This document shows, piece by piece, positions 1 to 12,169 of a DNA stretch of 38,396 bases. Numbering within the stretch: the stretch's first letter is position 1; every line of letters begins with the position of its first letter. This DNA is from Catajapyx aquilonaris. Taxonomy: Eukaryota. The stretch spans positions 1 to 38,396 of the forward strand of contig JYFJ02003724.1 in the NCBI GenBank assembly GCA_000934665.2, in the 5' to 3' direction. Under the pieces are notes generated by a model. It was given only the letters and a program-made list of their open reading frames with translations. It ran no database searches and was not told where the DNA came from. A program made the position numbers and the translations under genes.

Positions 1-30
1 CCACGAACTGAAATCCTGGCTACGTCACTG
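1..30. mobile_element. Right end (TIR) of a hAT-like non-autonomous element, truncated by the window start
   Basis: Ends ...aaatcctggctacgtcactg; the reverse complement CAGTGACGTAGCCAGG is a terminus style common in hAT-type MITEs. The partner end and TSD are outside the window. Confidence 0.4.
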
Positions 31-198
31 CATCTTTGCATCTTATACAATATAGTATATATATTAGATACGGGATGAAAGGCAATGCTTGTTTGTTTCA
101 GACTGAAACACTTATTTTAATGCAACCAATAAATATAAAAGTTCATGCTGAAACTTTCAGTATGAAGGTTACTACCCAGATTCCCTTCCTCTCGTTCA

Positions 199-220
199 AC
201 ACACACACACACACACACAC
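199..220. repeat. (AC)11 microsatellite
   Basis: Directly visible perfect dinucleotide run. Confidence 0.95.
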
Positions 221-1914
221 TTAATACTGATGGCCGTGACTCTCAGAGGGAACCTCCACTTTTACAGTAAAAAATGACATAAGTTGGCATAAAATTAATG
301 GCCACCATTACTTCTAATTCTTCTGTGTTCAACAAATTAATGATGATCTTGACATGCACTTTGTGCATGCGCAATTACAGGACTATTCTATGAATTTGTC
401 AGTCCTAATATCATCACTCTAAAGGCACAAAAAGTGGAGGCGCTTTTAGGCCTTGGAGTTAGTAAACGGATGGCCCACTTTGTGTCCCCCTGCACTTTTT
501 CTTTGCTTCCCTCCCACCCCTACCTATAGCTATCAAGCTAGCTCCTTTCCTTGATTGTGTCCGGGATCCCTGGAAATATGTGAAGCCCCTCCCAGTGACA
601 CTTCTCTCCATCTTTCCCGGCGTGCCATCATCGGACTTGGGCTCCCACCAAACTTCTCCATCCATCATTTCCGGCGGACTTTTTAGATCATCAGAAGAGA
701 CCAAGAGGCGTCGTGATCCGCTTCCAAGAACCTTTATACTTCATAGAAGTCGGCAGAAGGGAATAAGCCAACGAATTTGGGCCCAGCTGAGACCTTCCAG
801 GACAGGGTTTGCTATGCGTAAAAAGGGCAGGGAACACACAGGTATACATCCCACTGATATTTTTTATTTCTACTGCTAAGAGTGGTAGCCTGCTTTCACG
901 ACATTACGTTGGACAATGTCAACATGAAATGTTCTTGTAATATACCGTCCACTTCCAAAGGGCTGACTCTAGACCTCCGTGTGTGCCTGAGTAGACATCC
1001 CATTAACCGCCATCATGCAAAGGTAATCAACCATAATGCGATTAATTTCACAGGTTATTATTTAACATCCATCCGTGGTATATTTTAACGGTCACTTCCC
1101 ACTTAACCCAAGAACGAAAACAAGATTAGGACAACGACCCTTCTTCCCATCATTTGTTGTAGACTGCTTGCTTTTATCCTTCAACATGGGCATAACTTCA
1201 TTGAAACTTTTTACCTGAACAGAAATTGACGATGAAAAAGTTCGTCCGAATTCTGTGGCTTTTTCACTCTATGCCCAATATTTAAAAAAGGAATGTTAAA
1301 CAACTCATTTCAAATAAAGCTGCCCACATAGTGAATAAACAAAGGAAAAGCATAGTTTGAGGGATGGAGAAGGTGGAAGGGACACTATTTATTTTGAACG
1401 AACCTGCCGGTAGAAACCAGTAGCGAAAGGCTGAATTGTATAGGTTCATCACCCACCATGGAATGCGTGTGCGAAAGGATGAGGTGGTGAAGAAGGTGGT
1501 GCCTGGAGGCCTCCTTTCTGGAGAAAGTTGGTTCCATCAGATTTTCAGTGCGTTATATAGGAATCGCCTTTCTCTCTCTTCTCTTTGGGATCTGCCCATC
1601 CGGAAGGAATTTCTAATAATCTGTAGGGAAATGAAATATTTCTTCTCCATCCCCCATCCACCCGCACCCCCTTCTTTCCAAAGCCTCACTCGGCCGCATT
1701 CCGCCAAAAGAGGAATTAATTTTCAAAGGAGAAGTCTCTGTATTAGTCATCGCCTTGTACTAGGCCTGATCAGAGATCATTCCCTTTTCCAGTTCCACCC
1801 ACCAAATGAACCTCACCTGATGTTATTTTACGAAACGGAAGACACACTTGAAATGCTGCAGTCATGAGTCTGATTCTAGGGATGAATTCAAGAATTTAAT
1901 GAAAGAAAGCAGGT

Positions 1915-2240
1915 TCTTCATTACAGATGAATAAGATATATCGTGAGACAGATTGTCCGGTATGAACTACAGGACAACAAACATACTGTCCTCTCATACT
2001 ACAAATCGAGTCTTGCATGAAAAGTGACTTTGAAGGGATTCAAAGGAAAGGCTGGCATGTGCAAATGTTAAACAAATCCAAGTCTGAATAAACTAGCGAC
2101 TGCTTCTCAACTCGACAATTTCCCTCTGCCTGAAGCAGGGGTAGGAGATTTCATGGAATCGCGGTGCGGATATTCTTGTGAGATAACGCTTCGCGTGTGA
2201 TGCCAATATTTCGTAACACAAACGAATGTACTCCCCACAA
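1915..2240 (-). pseudogene. Highly degenerate Tc1/mariner (DUF4817-HTH type) transposase, 5' part
   Basis: Minus-strand translation across frameshifts gives, in the expected order: TFVCVTKYWHHTRS (HTH start), F-I-Q-T-G (cf. KF.ETGSV, ~2075-2092), LNPFKVT (cf. L.PYK, 2023-2043) and FICNE (cf. FSDE). Confidence 0.45.
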
Positions 2241-3859
2241 GTCTAGAATTGAACTGTTTCGGAACATGCCCAGTGCCGTGTGTATTACACACCGCAATAC
2301 AAATGTAGTGTTTGCAGCATAACCTGCAGCTCTCACAGCAGTCACTCAGTCCCACTACAAAACTCCTATTTCCGACTCCGGTCATTTACGTACATAAAAA
2401 AGGGAAATAAAGCACGTTAAAAGCTGTAAATTATGGGCCATAAAGCCATTTTACTACTTATTATTTTATTATGGTCAACTTAAAATTTTACTAGCAAAGG
2501 AGACATGATAAACTCTCCTAAAGCGCATGCATAGTGTTGACTTGACCAAAAATAACTGGCATGGAGGCATATTCCCAGAACTACTGTAGGCTACAAGAGG
2601 TGAATAATATACAGTATAGAGCTTGGAAATCGTGGCATCCTCCACCTTGGTATCAGGTAAAAGATTGTATCCAAGGTCATCCATATCTGAACCGATTTTG
2701 CAAAGTTCATGCATGGGTATCCAATTTTAATGTCAGGCTTCCGCCAAGAGCTTTAGTGCAAGGAAAATTTTAATTATGCACCCCGAGTCGGGATGAGTGC
2801 ACGGAGACACCACTCTTACAAAATTAAAACTAGGGGCGTCTACACCCAGCTACTCCCCGCTCTCCCTCCCGCCCGCCTCTCCCCAGCTGCCGTGCCTTCC
2901 TCGCCATCTGCGCCAAGTGACATCCATGTATTATTCACGCATTGAGGGAAATTATTCGAACTGCCATCAAAGTCACTTTATCACACTTGGGGTTTGCACA
3001 GGCTCACCCACATGACAAGGCTTTGGCTGCATGGCATAGGTAAAGAGTCGGGGGCCTTAAAAGCACCACATGCCCATGATGCCTGGCTGGCTGCCTGGCT
3101 GGCTGGCTTGTTGGCCCCGTTGGCCCGGTGCAAAATCAGCTCTAATAAATATAAGAAACGCCTCGGGAAGCTGATCCGAGTAGATGTGGCCTCTCCAGGC
3201 GGGTGTTCTTGTACTGGGTATATGGTCTGTACAACATCAAAATCATTCCACGACACGAGAAATGATTTACAACCGGAGATTTACAACCTTTTGGGTGATA
3301 ATGCCACTTCGATTCCAGTGAAAAAGCAGATTTATGAACCGTTTGCATGACCAAGTGGCGACGGTTCATGCCAGCAGCTCCATTTTCATCGTAATCTCGC
3401 AAGGATCAGTAATGAGTCTTTGAAAGCCTTACCGAGCCACGGCCAATCGTCTAAGGCAATTAATCAACCTTTGGGTTTTAATTCACCCACTCCAGTGCCC
3501 CCTTCAGGTATTTTTTATCCGTCTTTTTCAACAGCAGCCGTAAAGTTCGCTTGCCCTTTTTTATTTCTTAATGGATGGAAATAAAAGAACACCGAAGTAA
3601 CTATGTCGTCTATTACAACCCAAAACCAGTTTCCATGGTCGTAAAAGCACCAAAACTAATGCGGTACTTGAGAATACGATTCCATTTATGAAGCCCATTT
3701 TGCAGGACAATCAGCTGGTTTTTTCAAAATCGGAGCCTTTCGTCAAAGCAAATTCAGGTCAAGAAGTTGGCCAACTTTCATCTGATCTTTATACCCCCCG
3801 CTTTTCTTCCCTTATAGTCTGGTCCAAGACTACAGCGCTTTTCATTCGAGAAAAAGTGA

Positions 3860-6076
3860 TTATATTTTCATCAAATTGTGCAGCCACTACAATACATTAT
3901 TAGCATTCCAGTCGAATTTTCATCGCAGTGTTGAAGAGTATGCATACCGGTATAGTAAAAAAAGCGCACATCCTAGCAAGTGACGCTTCTGCAAGGCTAG
4001 CTCACTGGAATACTGATTTGAATAAGGATCAACTATGGTACGTTCATCCCATGGAACCTAGTTTCATGTGTCCTCCTTTCGGATTACATTATGGTTTCAA
4101 GTTCTTGACTTATTTGATTGGTTACCTGCCCTCTTACGTCAAACTTTGTATTATGACTTCGACACTTTATTTGTATGTATGTTTGTTTGTTGGGCCCACA
4201 CTCCTGTTCCTTGGTCATGTGACGGCTAGGCCCGAGAGGAATATATGCACCTTTCCCACTACTGAAACAACCCTGGAATACAATAATGATACAGAGACAC
4301 AACAGCTGAAGAATCACATGGCCCTTCATTAAATTCTTGTAATACTGGTAATATTCTTTTCAGTGTCGTATAGTCTGAACGCTTCCAATCCATTGGTGTG
4401 TTTTGGAGAGACTGACACATTTCATTGGGAAAAACCTTAGTTTGAATAATAAAAGTATTCATTTCTGGCAATAAAATTATTTGGTGATACTGTAGGCCAC
4501 AAAATGTTGATAATTCATGAAGCTGAGCAAATACACTTGCTCCATAATTATTGTAAAATGCACATTCAAAACTTTGAGCATTCGACCTAATGACTTACAA
4601 TAGACCACCGCAAGAATGATCAGATTTGACATTGCCCTTAAACAATGAGTTGTGTTCTCACAGGTAACAAACAAAAGTTAGCAGCACTCAAGTTCAGAAG
4701 AGAAGTCTTCCCGGAGACCTTACGCCCAGCAGAGGACCTTCTGTACAATTTATCAAAAGACTCCACTTCTTCAAAGTTCCAGACCTAGGCAGTTAGTGGG
4801 ACAGCCTTCCGCCACAATCACCCTGACTTTGACCTGTTGTACACTCGACAACTTAATCATCCAGCACACCTCTTTTGTTACAACACGAGTTGGAAGGCGA
4901 CCTCCTCCAAACAAAAGTGCTTTTCTTCTTCTTCTCATTTCTTTTTTTCTCCGTGCCACAAAGTTTACAAGGTAAGAAAGTTGCGCACGTCGAGAGCCTC
5001 AGGGAAATTGCGCCACTTGTTTTTTTAAGAGGATGGAATAAGGGCAGAAACGCCACATAGTGTTGATACTTAGGAAGAGGTGTATGCTAATTGAAGATTT
5101 GAATGGGAATAAAATAATAATACAAGCCTAATGCGAGACAAACTAGCAGCACATTGTTTGAACATGCGCTCATTGTAAACACTACTGTCATAAAATTGGT
5201 CCTGTAAAGATTATAATCGATTTATGTTATATTCTGTGCTGCTCATATTGTCTGAATATAATAGGCCTATCGTGTAACTTTTTCATCTTCGGAATATAAC
5301 CAGTCGAGTGTAATCCTACACTCTTCCAATCAACTTTCAACTTTTAGGGAACCGCGACCTCAACATGATCTGATGGAGAACCTTGACAAAGTATGACATG
5401 AAGCGCGGTAATGGAGGCACACTAAAATAGGCCCAAACTATAAATAATGCATTTACGACACACTAGGTTCATTCATGCGATGTCCTCCACTGACGCGACA
5501 GTTGGGTGTTAGACAATATACTACTATAGGCCTACTTGCTACTTGCATGCTTGAAATTAGAAGCTATACCCTACAGAACGTGCTTGCAAGTAGAGTTATA
5601 CAGAATGATGCGTAACACTGCAACTTAACCATTAATCCAGACCATTATACGCTGCTATGTACAATAAGTTCTCAAAAAGTACAGCGAACATAGGACCAAC
5701 TCTCACTTGCTTTTCAGTAAGGACTCCCAATTCACAAAATGTGGTTTACATGATTGTTTAAAAATCGTTCGCGATGTAGTTGAGGCCTGAAACACCTAGT
5801 TTAGAACCATAAATATACCAATAAACCATTATCCACAACAGCGACCCCAGCCACCCCTCGACATACCATTGATTACACTCACCTGTCCCCGGAAAAGAAC
5901 TGGTCAAACCTACAGAAAATAGGGTTTTGTTCAGTGATTTTCAGGCTCATAAAGCTCGAAATAATTTCTAACAATTATGGGTACACCAACTACTGTAAGA
6001 TACTGTGCGGCGCGTCAGACAGTCTTACATCCTAAGACTTCATTCTTACATACGCTGTGCTCTAGGCAGTTGCCAT
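3860..6076 (-). pseudogene. Decayed, intron-containing SWIM-finger + YqaJ/lambda-exonuclease-like gene (second ORF of an ISL2EU-like DNA transposon)
   Basis: Ordered minus-strand motifs: CAAAATGG start (ATG at 6076); VKLQCYAS (5606-5629); ACK*QVGL then CASITAL (SWIM CxC.AG..C.H..AL; 5528-5550, 5401-5421); W-IPK (5287-5302); VECTTGQSQGD-W..LTA..NF (4817-4849, 4788-4796; cf. IE..T.GQS...W....LTASNF); PMDW; PGLF; LGPSRH..ECG....YIQIKCRS (4219-4236, 4162-4176; cf. LGASPDG..CG...EIKCP); Y..Q....LAL; QFDEN (3867-3875). Candidate GT-AG introns at 5787-5882 and 4465-4598. Many stops and frameshifts. Confidence 0.7.
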
Positions 6077-6158
6077 TTTGTTAATCGCAATCTAGGGAGA
6101 AGTTGAAACTAGTATTCTGCGCCTCCACCTAATTATTATTGCATAATATGCCTGAGAA

Positions 6159-6540
6159 ATGGAGAGAGAAGTGGTGGTTATACGGCGTAGTAGGAAGGAG
6201 TACAAACTAATCCCCGTCGACATTACCTAATCCGTAATGTACACAGGAAGCCATGACTGGACATGGGACAAGCGCATTCATTTTAATTAGTTAATTTTCG
6301 TTCAGTTTTGTCCCTATGGGGTTTATTTATCACGAGAAAGTCTGTGGAATATATTAAAGGTCATTACTACCATACTGATGACGACCATCTTTACCCCAAG
6401 GCATTAAAGACCGCCTCTAATTTAAATGCTATTTTCTGACTCAAACTCGGTGTTTGCCTGCCTCCTTTTCAGAGTATACCTGTGCCTCATTACGGTCCCA
6501 CCTTCTGAATCATTTAGAAATTTCATGGATGCAAGTTGCA
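6159..6540 (+). pseudogene. Decayed THAP-like zinc-finger N-terminus of the partner transposase (ISL2EU-like), head-to-head with the exonuclease pseudogene
   Basis: ATG at 6159, followed across frameshifts by YG, LPNP (6223-6234; cf. FPKP), EA..W...R and VEYIKGHYY (6344-6370), then an acceptor ccttttcag (to 6472) and GPT (6494-6502). The metal-binding cysteines are not preserved, so this rests on motif order. Confidence 0.4.
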
Positions 6541-7328
6541 ACCTAGGTAACCGTATAGTAGCCTGCATCTCTGGGTTCAATGTGCAGGGAGGTAGGTGAA
6601 GGGAATGTTCAGGTTTCCAGAAAATTAATCATGCATTCATGTTGTTCTGCTCTATCTATCATGCTCAAGATTGAGAGGCAACAATATATACAGTAGGAAA
6701 CCTCTTCTCAAAGTGGAAAGGGTACTTGCCATCGCAGTTCGAATCTTTTACGCAGTCAATTGATACTCATTAAAACACTTCAACGATCATTAACCTCAGT
6801 TGTCAATTAGGAGCAATTAAAATCGGCCAACTGCAATAACATTCTCAGTGTATTATGATGAAAATAGTGAAGAGGCTCTCGCTTTGTGTACTGATAATAT
6901 TTGCTACTTTGTATGTTACTTCATTATTAATAAATTTCGTTATGAGTGAAAGGAAGAGAGACAACCATAGGGATTAAATTCATGGGCTATAACTCAACGA
7001 ACCATATAAGGAAGTCAAAAATTATCACAATTGTTAAGCCCATCTCACACCTCAGTCATAAGTAGATTACTTACGGCAAAAAGGCCATGCCATGTCATGC
7101 GTGTGATAAGATGCACTGAGGAGAGAGAGATTATCATAACCACTCCCCATCTTCAAGAGCGACATCGCTATTACCGTAATACTAAATTATTATCAGAGAG
7201 CCAACAATGCATTGCAAATTTTCTGGTCAGCAATCTATTTGAATCCGACGCTATCACGCTGGTGGAAGTTCCTTAGTTATTGTCCAGAATAACCCAAAGA
7301 TTGTGGGAAACGTTGTTCTACGCGTATA

Positions 7329-8061
7329 CCGGGTGTACCTAAATGATTGTCAACTTTTGAAAGTTGCTTAATTTCTATTAGATGCGGTGTGCAATGACAA
7401 GACATACATAGAATGAAAGACCACATTTGGGAGTTTTTATTGCACACAGAAAGTTGGTTCCGCACTTTGACGCGAGGCATACAGGGCCACTCCACAAAAT
7501 GGTGTCTCTCGAACAGAAAACGTTCAGTGTCCTGCAGTTTGCAAAGCTTGGTTCGGTAGTTACTGTTCAGAAGGCCAGTAGGGACAGTAGGGACTACGTT
7601 ACGCCCCTCCCTACAATAATTCAACGGTGGTTCCAGAAGTTTCAGACGACGGGATGCCTTTGCAAGGGCAAGGATCGGTGGATCGGACATGCCGGTCAGC
7701 AAGATCTGGTTTTCTCCAGTGGCCCCCAAGGTCTCCCGACCTCACCCCATGTGACTTTTTCCTCTGGGGGTATATGTAAAGGACCAGGTCTTCGTACCAC
7801 GGCTACCTACCAGCCTGTGTGAGTTGAAACGCAGGATTGTTGCTGCTGTGGAATCAATCACACCAGACATGCAGCTGGCCTGTGTATAGAATTAGACTAT
7901 CATGTCGTGTGACGAAAGGTGCTCATATTGTGCACTTGTAGTGTGTGCAATAAAAACTCCCAAATGTGCTCTTTCGTTCTATGTCTGTCTTGTCATTGCA
8001 CACCGCAACTAATAGAAATTAAGCAACTTTCAAATGTTGACAATCATTTAGGGTTACCCTG
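7329..8061 (+). mobile_element. Internally deleted Tc1/mariner-superfamily element (DUF4817 HTH, WPPRSPDL type), 733 bp
   Basis: TA flanks at 7327-7328 and 8062-8063. ~120-bp TIRs (ccgggtgtacctaaatgattgtcaac... / ...gttgacaatcatttagggttaccctg). Internal transposase remnants. Confidence 0.95.
7499..7941 (+). pseudogene. Transposase remnant: N-terminal DUF4817-like HTH joined to the C-terminal segment
   Basis: MVSLEQKTFSVLQFAKLGSVVTVQKA...IQRWFQKFQTTGCLCKGK|DRWIG from ATG 7499. After frameshifts: WPPRSPDLTPCDFFLWGY (from 7720), VKDQVFVPRLPTSLCELKRRIVAAVESITPDM and RVTKGAHIVHL* (stop 7939-7941). The first two catalytic aspartate regions are deleted. Confidence 0.93.
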
Positions 8062-8613
8062 TATTTGTGTAGGTCAGTATCAAAACCAGGCTGCCTTAAC
8101 TTCTTCTGTACGAATCCTTCAGAAATCATAAATATAAGATTTAGTGAGTCTTTTCACTCCCCAGGTGACCTTTCCCAATGGGATGTGGACCCGAGGTGAA
8201 AATGTTCCATATGAAGAGCTAGGCGGAAGAATGATCAAGATCCACTTTTTGTCAAAAATGAGTTACATACCTAATTTATTATCTCAGAAGATAGTTTCAC
8301 TCGTGTAGAATATAATGGTTTGGTCGTGGTTGTGGAGTAACGATCATAGGTCACTATGGAAGGCCCCGAAATGGAATTTACAATAGAACCTTATGGGCCT
8401 TCGAAATTTGAAATTAGAATATCCGAGTTTCACCGGAGGTGGACCTTGATAGTTCTTCCCACGAGGTCTTATATTATTGGAAATAAGAATTTAGCGTTGA
8501 GTTGATGCCTGTAACCAGGAATTAACACACCTTTGACAAAATGAGATAGCCTGGTTTTGATTATGACTTGCTCATTTTTGTAGTGGAAGTCACAGTTTTA
8601 TTAGTGAACAGAT

Positions 8614-8981
8614 AAAGGGAAGCGGAGTGGCGCTGCGGTAACGTATGCGCCCACGGATGTTAAGGTCCCGGGTTCGATCCCAGCCCGGGGTCACCCCCTT
8701 CATTTCGTGCAGAGTTGGGTCGTCTCTGACTTCGTCTCGGGTGGAATCTCCGCTAGACATATCCACCCGGGGGAGTTCACAAATTATGTACCATGTTAGA
8801 AACTTTGCACTGCACATTGCACATATCCTCCTATCATCCTGCCTGTGGGCCCGGGTGCTTCAATGAATAGACACCAAAATGTATACCAGCAATCAAAAAA
8901 TAAAGGTCCGTGTGATATATCCCCATATGGGGGTGAAATCACTACCCCAGGATTATTATCATCATCATCATCATCATCATC
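8614..8981 (+). mobile_element. tRNA-derived SINE (head resembles tRNA-Arg ACG), copy 1, with (ATC)n tail
   Basis: A box TGGCGCTGCGG and B box GGTTCGATCCC; (ATC)n tail; flanking direct repeat attagtgaaca(g/a)at at 8600-8613 and 8982-8995; a homologous copy lies at 24704-25048. Confidence 0.92.
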
Positions 8982-10226
8982 ATTAGTGAACAAATTCTTC
9001 ATGCCTGGACTTTTAAACATTATGTCAATTTTGGGGTCTAAACTGCTATAGGAATGCAGTTATAAATCCTAGCATAAAGTATCAGAACATCTCTTAAAAT
9101 AATGTAGTGCGCAATAATGCTACTTAACCTAATACATTTCAAGCTTAAAATACAGGATCTATAACTTATACTGTGTTTTTACATTACCATCAACTTTAAG
9201 TACCAAAAATGGTATTTCCATTTCAAACGGTAAAGTACCGTATGTTATTACAAAAAAAAGCCAGCAAAAAAGCGAATACAATATTCTTCCTTCGAGCTGT
9301 TCAGTTGGTAAGAGGAAGCAATTTGGGTGTGTGAAGAATGGTTTTGGAGAGAAATTCAGGAACTTACAGGACGCGACTTTTTCAATGCGATTTCCTCGAG
9401 TTGGAGACCAGCCTTCTCCAGGAATTCTGACCAAAAGGATACAAGAGATTTGTCTCGTAATGGCATTATTGATCTAAATATATTGCCAAAAATGTCTTCC
9501 TTTGCATTGTGACCACGACAAAAATCGCAACAAATAAGGCGAGATTTTTTTTTATAGAAAACACGCAGCTCTGTCCTGGGCTCTGTCCCACACTTACTTC
9601 CGAGCCAAAATTTTTTGGCTCAACACCATAGTTGGTGACAATACGTGGAGGGGAGAGCTCAAAAAAGCCAACAAAGGCCACGTTAGCTGCCTACTCCATT
9701 TCACGATGGTGGTAATTACCGCGGGAAACAACGTCATCACACACCAAGCACCAACCTCTCTCGAAATAATGTCAGCACCACTGTAACCAACATGTTTCTA
9801 GTAGTAATGAACGTGAGGTAACTTCCCCTACGGTTTCCTCGTTCGGGAGGTTGCGGGGAACTGCAATGGAGACAAAAGAAGAAGGGTGAATAATAGTCGC
9901 GGCACAATATATTGCAAATGTCTGCCGGTAGTAGGAAGTTGAGTTTAATGGTTCACACGGACATGGTACGGTGCATTTATTTTCGGCCGGTGTCATTTAT
10001 GAAACCAGTTAGAAAGGCAGTCCTGCAATCAAGGGAATGCCCAACTTTACAGGTACTGAGGTACTGCGGGGGGCAAAAGAAAGGAGTACAGTATTTTAAA
10101 TATATAACAAATAATATTGTAGTGTTAAAGAAAATCCCACGTTACTTTCAACAGCTGAAGGGCTCTTTCATCTCACAAATCATCCTAAATCGGGGACACG
10201 TATACAGCACCTCAATTTTCACAATT

Positions 10227-11471
10227 GAAGAGCTCGGGTGCAAAAGCGCGTACGTCCATTTTTGTGAAATTTGAGATAGCGACACCATGTAGCAGCCCCC
10301 TGTCACTTCCCCCCTAGCTGTATGAATACAGTAGTTTAATTCGTGTGTCTCCGCCAGGCCCTGATTTTGGCACTGGGGGCGCTACAGCGTTAGCTATCCG
10401 CCATCTTTTTCAAGGTGCACTCAAGTGGTAAGTCTGCGGAAGGAAAGAAAGATCGAGCCAATCGCGGCAGACTCATCCGCTACCTACCACCTTAGTTCCA
10501 CCTCGATCAAGATGGCGGCTTAGCAAACGATGGGACACAGATATTACACTACCTTATTAGAGGATTGTCATGGGTGAGGAGGGCAGGAGGCCCTATACAA
10601 GTTGGTGTAAAAGTCATAAACAAAATCGCATGTCTCGTAGGTATTCACTTTGAAAAACGTCTATTAGCGAAAAAAGCGCCTGAGTCATGCAGGACTTCAT
10701 TTTCGAAATCGCCTAAGTCCTTAATAATAACCAATCAGGAGCAGAGATTAGGTCACGTGACAAAATGACGGCCTCCGTGCCGGAAAAGATGCAAAATATT
10801 TTATAAGGCGATTACCTCTGTTTCTGAATATTGTGACAGTGAATCAGATGATGCCTAAATCACATACAGGGTGTCACATAAGTCTGGAACCATATTTAAT
10901 TGGATAGCATTGTTGGTTTCTAGTTGTCCCAACTAGTTGTTTTTATTCTATTTCATTGATTTTACTACCCCATTATGACCCAAGGGGGTCTTTAGGGGGC
11001 ACTCATCCAACTAGCAGTTTGATGACAGTAAGTTAAGGCTGACTAGACACTGTGAGCATTTGCAGTTGGCACAACCGGAAACCTACAATGCAATTCAATT
11101 ACCTATCGGTCCAGACTTGTGGGACGCCATGCATTGTAAGTTCGATAAATAAATTGATGGGAAATGTTGCAGTTAGTCATTATTCCGTAGCAAAATCCAC
11201 ATGATATTATTGTTTATTGTGTCAATACCACTATGAAGTAAAGCATTTTGTTTTGCAAAATAGCCAAAGTCTGAATTGTTAAATGTAATTAGTATCTCTA
11301 AAACTGCTGTGACTAGATTTCCTGCCCTATTGCCAGTGGAAGGGCACGGATCATGTCAATAACCAAAGTAATAAAGAAGTAACTATCTAGCTAGTATGCA
11401 CGAATTGCTTTCTTTCCCTCTCATGAAAAATGAAGAAAATGGACTTAGGCACTTTTGCACCCGAGCTCTTC
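10227..11471. mobile_element. Non-autonomous DNA transposon, 1245 bp, AATT TSD (Sola1-like)
   Basis: 36-bp TIRs with 3 mismatches (gaagagctcgggtgcaaaag is perfect for 20 bp); AATT at 10223-10226 and 11472-11475; internal copy of the TIR motif gcctaagtcc at 10711-10720. The superfamily call rests only on the AWWT TSD. Confidence 0.85.
10867..11131. mobile_element. Tc1/mariner-type MITE (~265 bp) nested in the AATT-TSD element
   Basis: Left ta|cagggtgtcacataagtctggaaccata..taattggatagcattg; right end reverse-complements to tg|catggcgtcccacaagtctggaccgata..taattgaattgcattg (degenerate ~50-bp TIRs). Confidence 0.7.
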
Positions 11472-12169
11472 AATTAATATAAGACCTTCATGTTGTCAAC
11501 TAATGCTTTTGCGTAAGAAAACTGAGACTAGTCTGGTGTGTAATTGTACTTGGTATGATTCCCTGCATGAATAGCCACCTAGTTCACCTTTTAGAATAAT
11601 CAACAGGGAGGAGGAAATGCAAAGCAACAAAGGTGTGAGGAACAACTCCCAGCCCGCTCCATCCTTTCCTCCCCCACCTACCCAAACCTAACTCACTCCC
11701 TCTCTCTGCACGTTTTCTGCTTCCCTTCACCGATTTTATTTCCCTTTGATGTTGGTTTTCAAATCGAAGCTCAATGGGTTTCCTCAGTGCAGATTTCATG
11801 TTAAATAAAGCTTGCGATTCATAAAGGACTTCCACCGGTATCGACGTGCCAAATAAATGACTCAAAAGACCTCCTGGCAAAAACTTCCAAGGACAATATG
11901 CAATAGAGAATATTCTCCAACGCGAATAGATGGTAGAGATGATTAATAATAAGGATGCGCATTGGTGTGCCAAGGAGAACGGAAAACAGACAAAATTCTT
12001 CGCCGAGAGCATTATTGCCAGAGAGACACTGCCGAGCTCTTAAATTGGAAACGTGCGAATCAGTGCATGAGTTTGGAACGTGTAGAATCTAATATTCATT
12101 GGGAAGTTCAATCCCCTGTGCTAATGACCATCCTGATTGTGTTTTCCATCGTCACTTAGAGGATAATTA

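Noticed and set aside
6640..6800. Possible HTH_Tnp_4 remnant (RLR...LA..F) continuing the THAP-like gene
   Set aside because: Similarity is too weak to separate from chance by eye.
8617..8700. Possible tRNA gene
   Set aside because: The acceptor and anticodon stems do not pair properly, and it continues into a SINE body with tail and TSD.
9790..9930. Possible additional DUF4817 HTH remnant (LPNEETV..RF.TT); a similar weak case lies at ~13580-13660
   Set aside because: Too short and dependent on assumed frameshifts.
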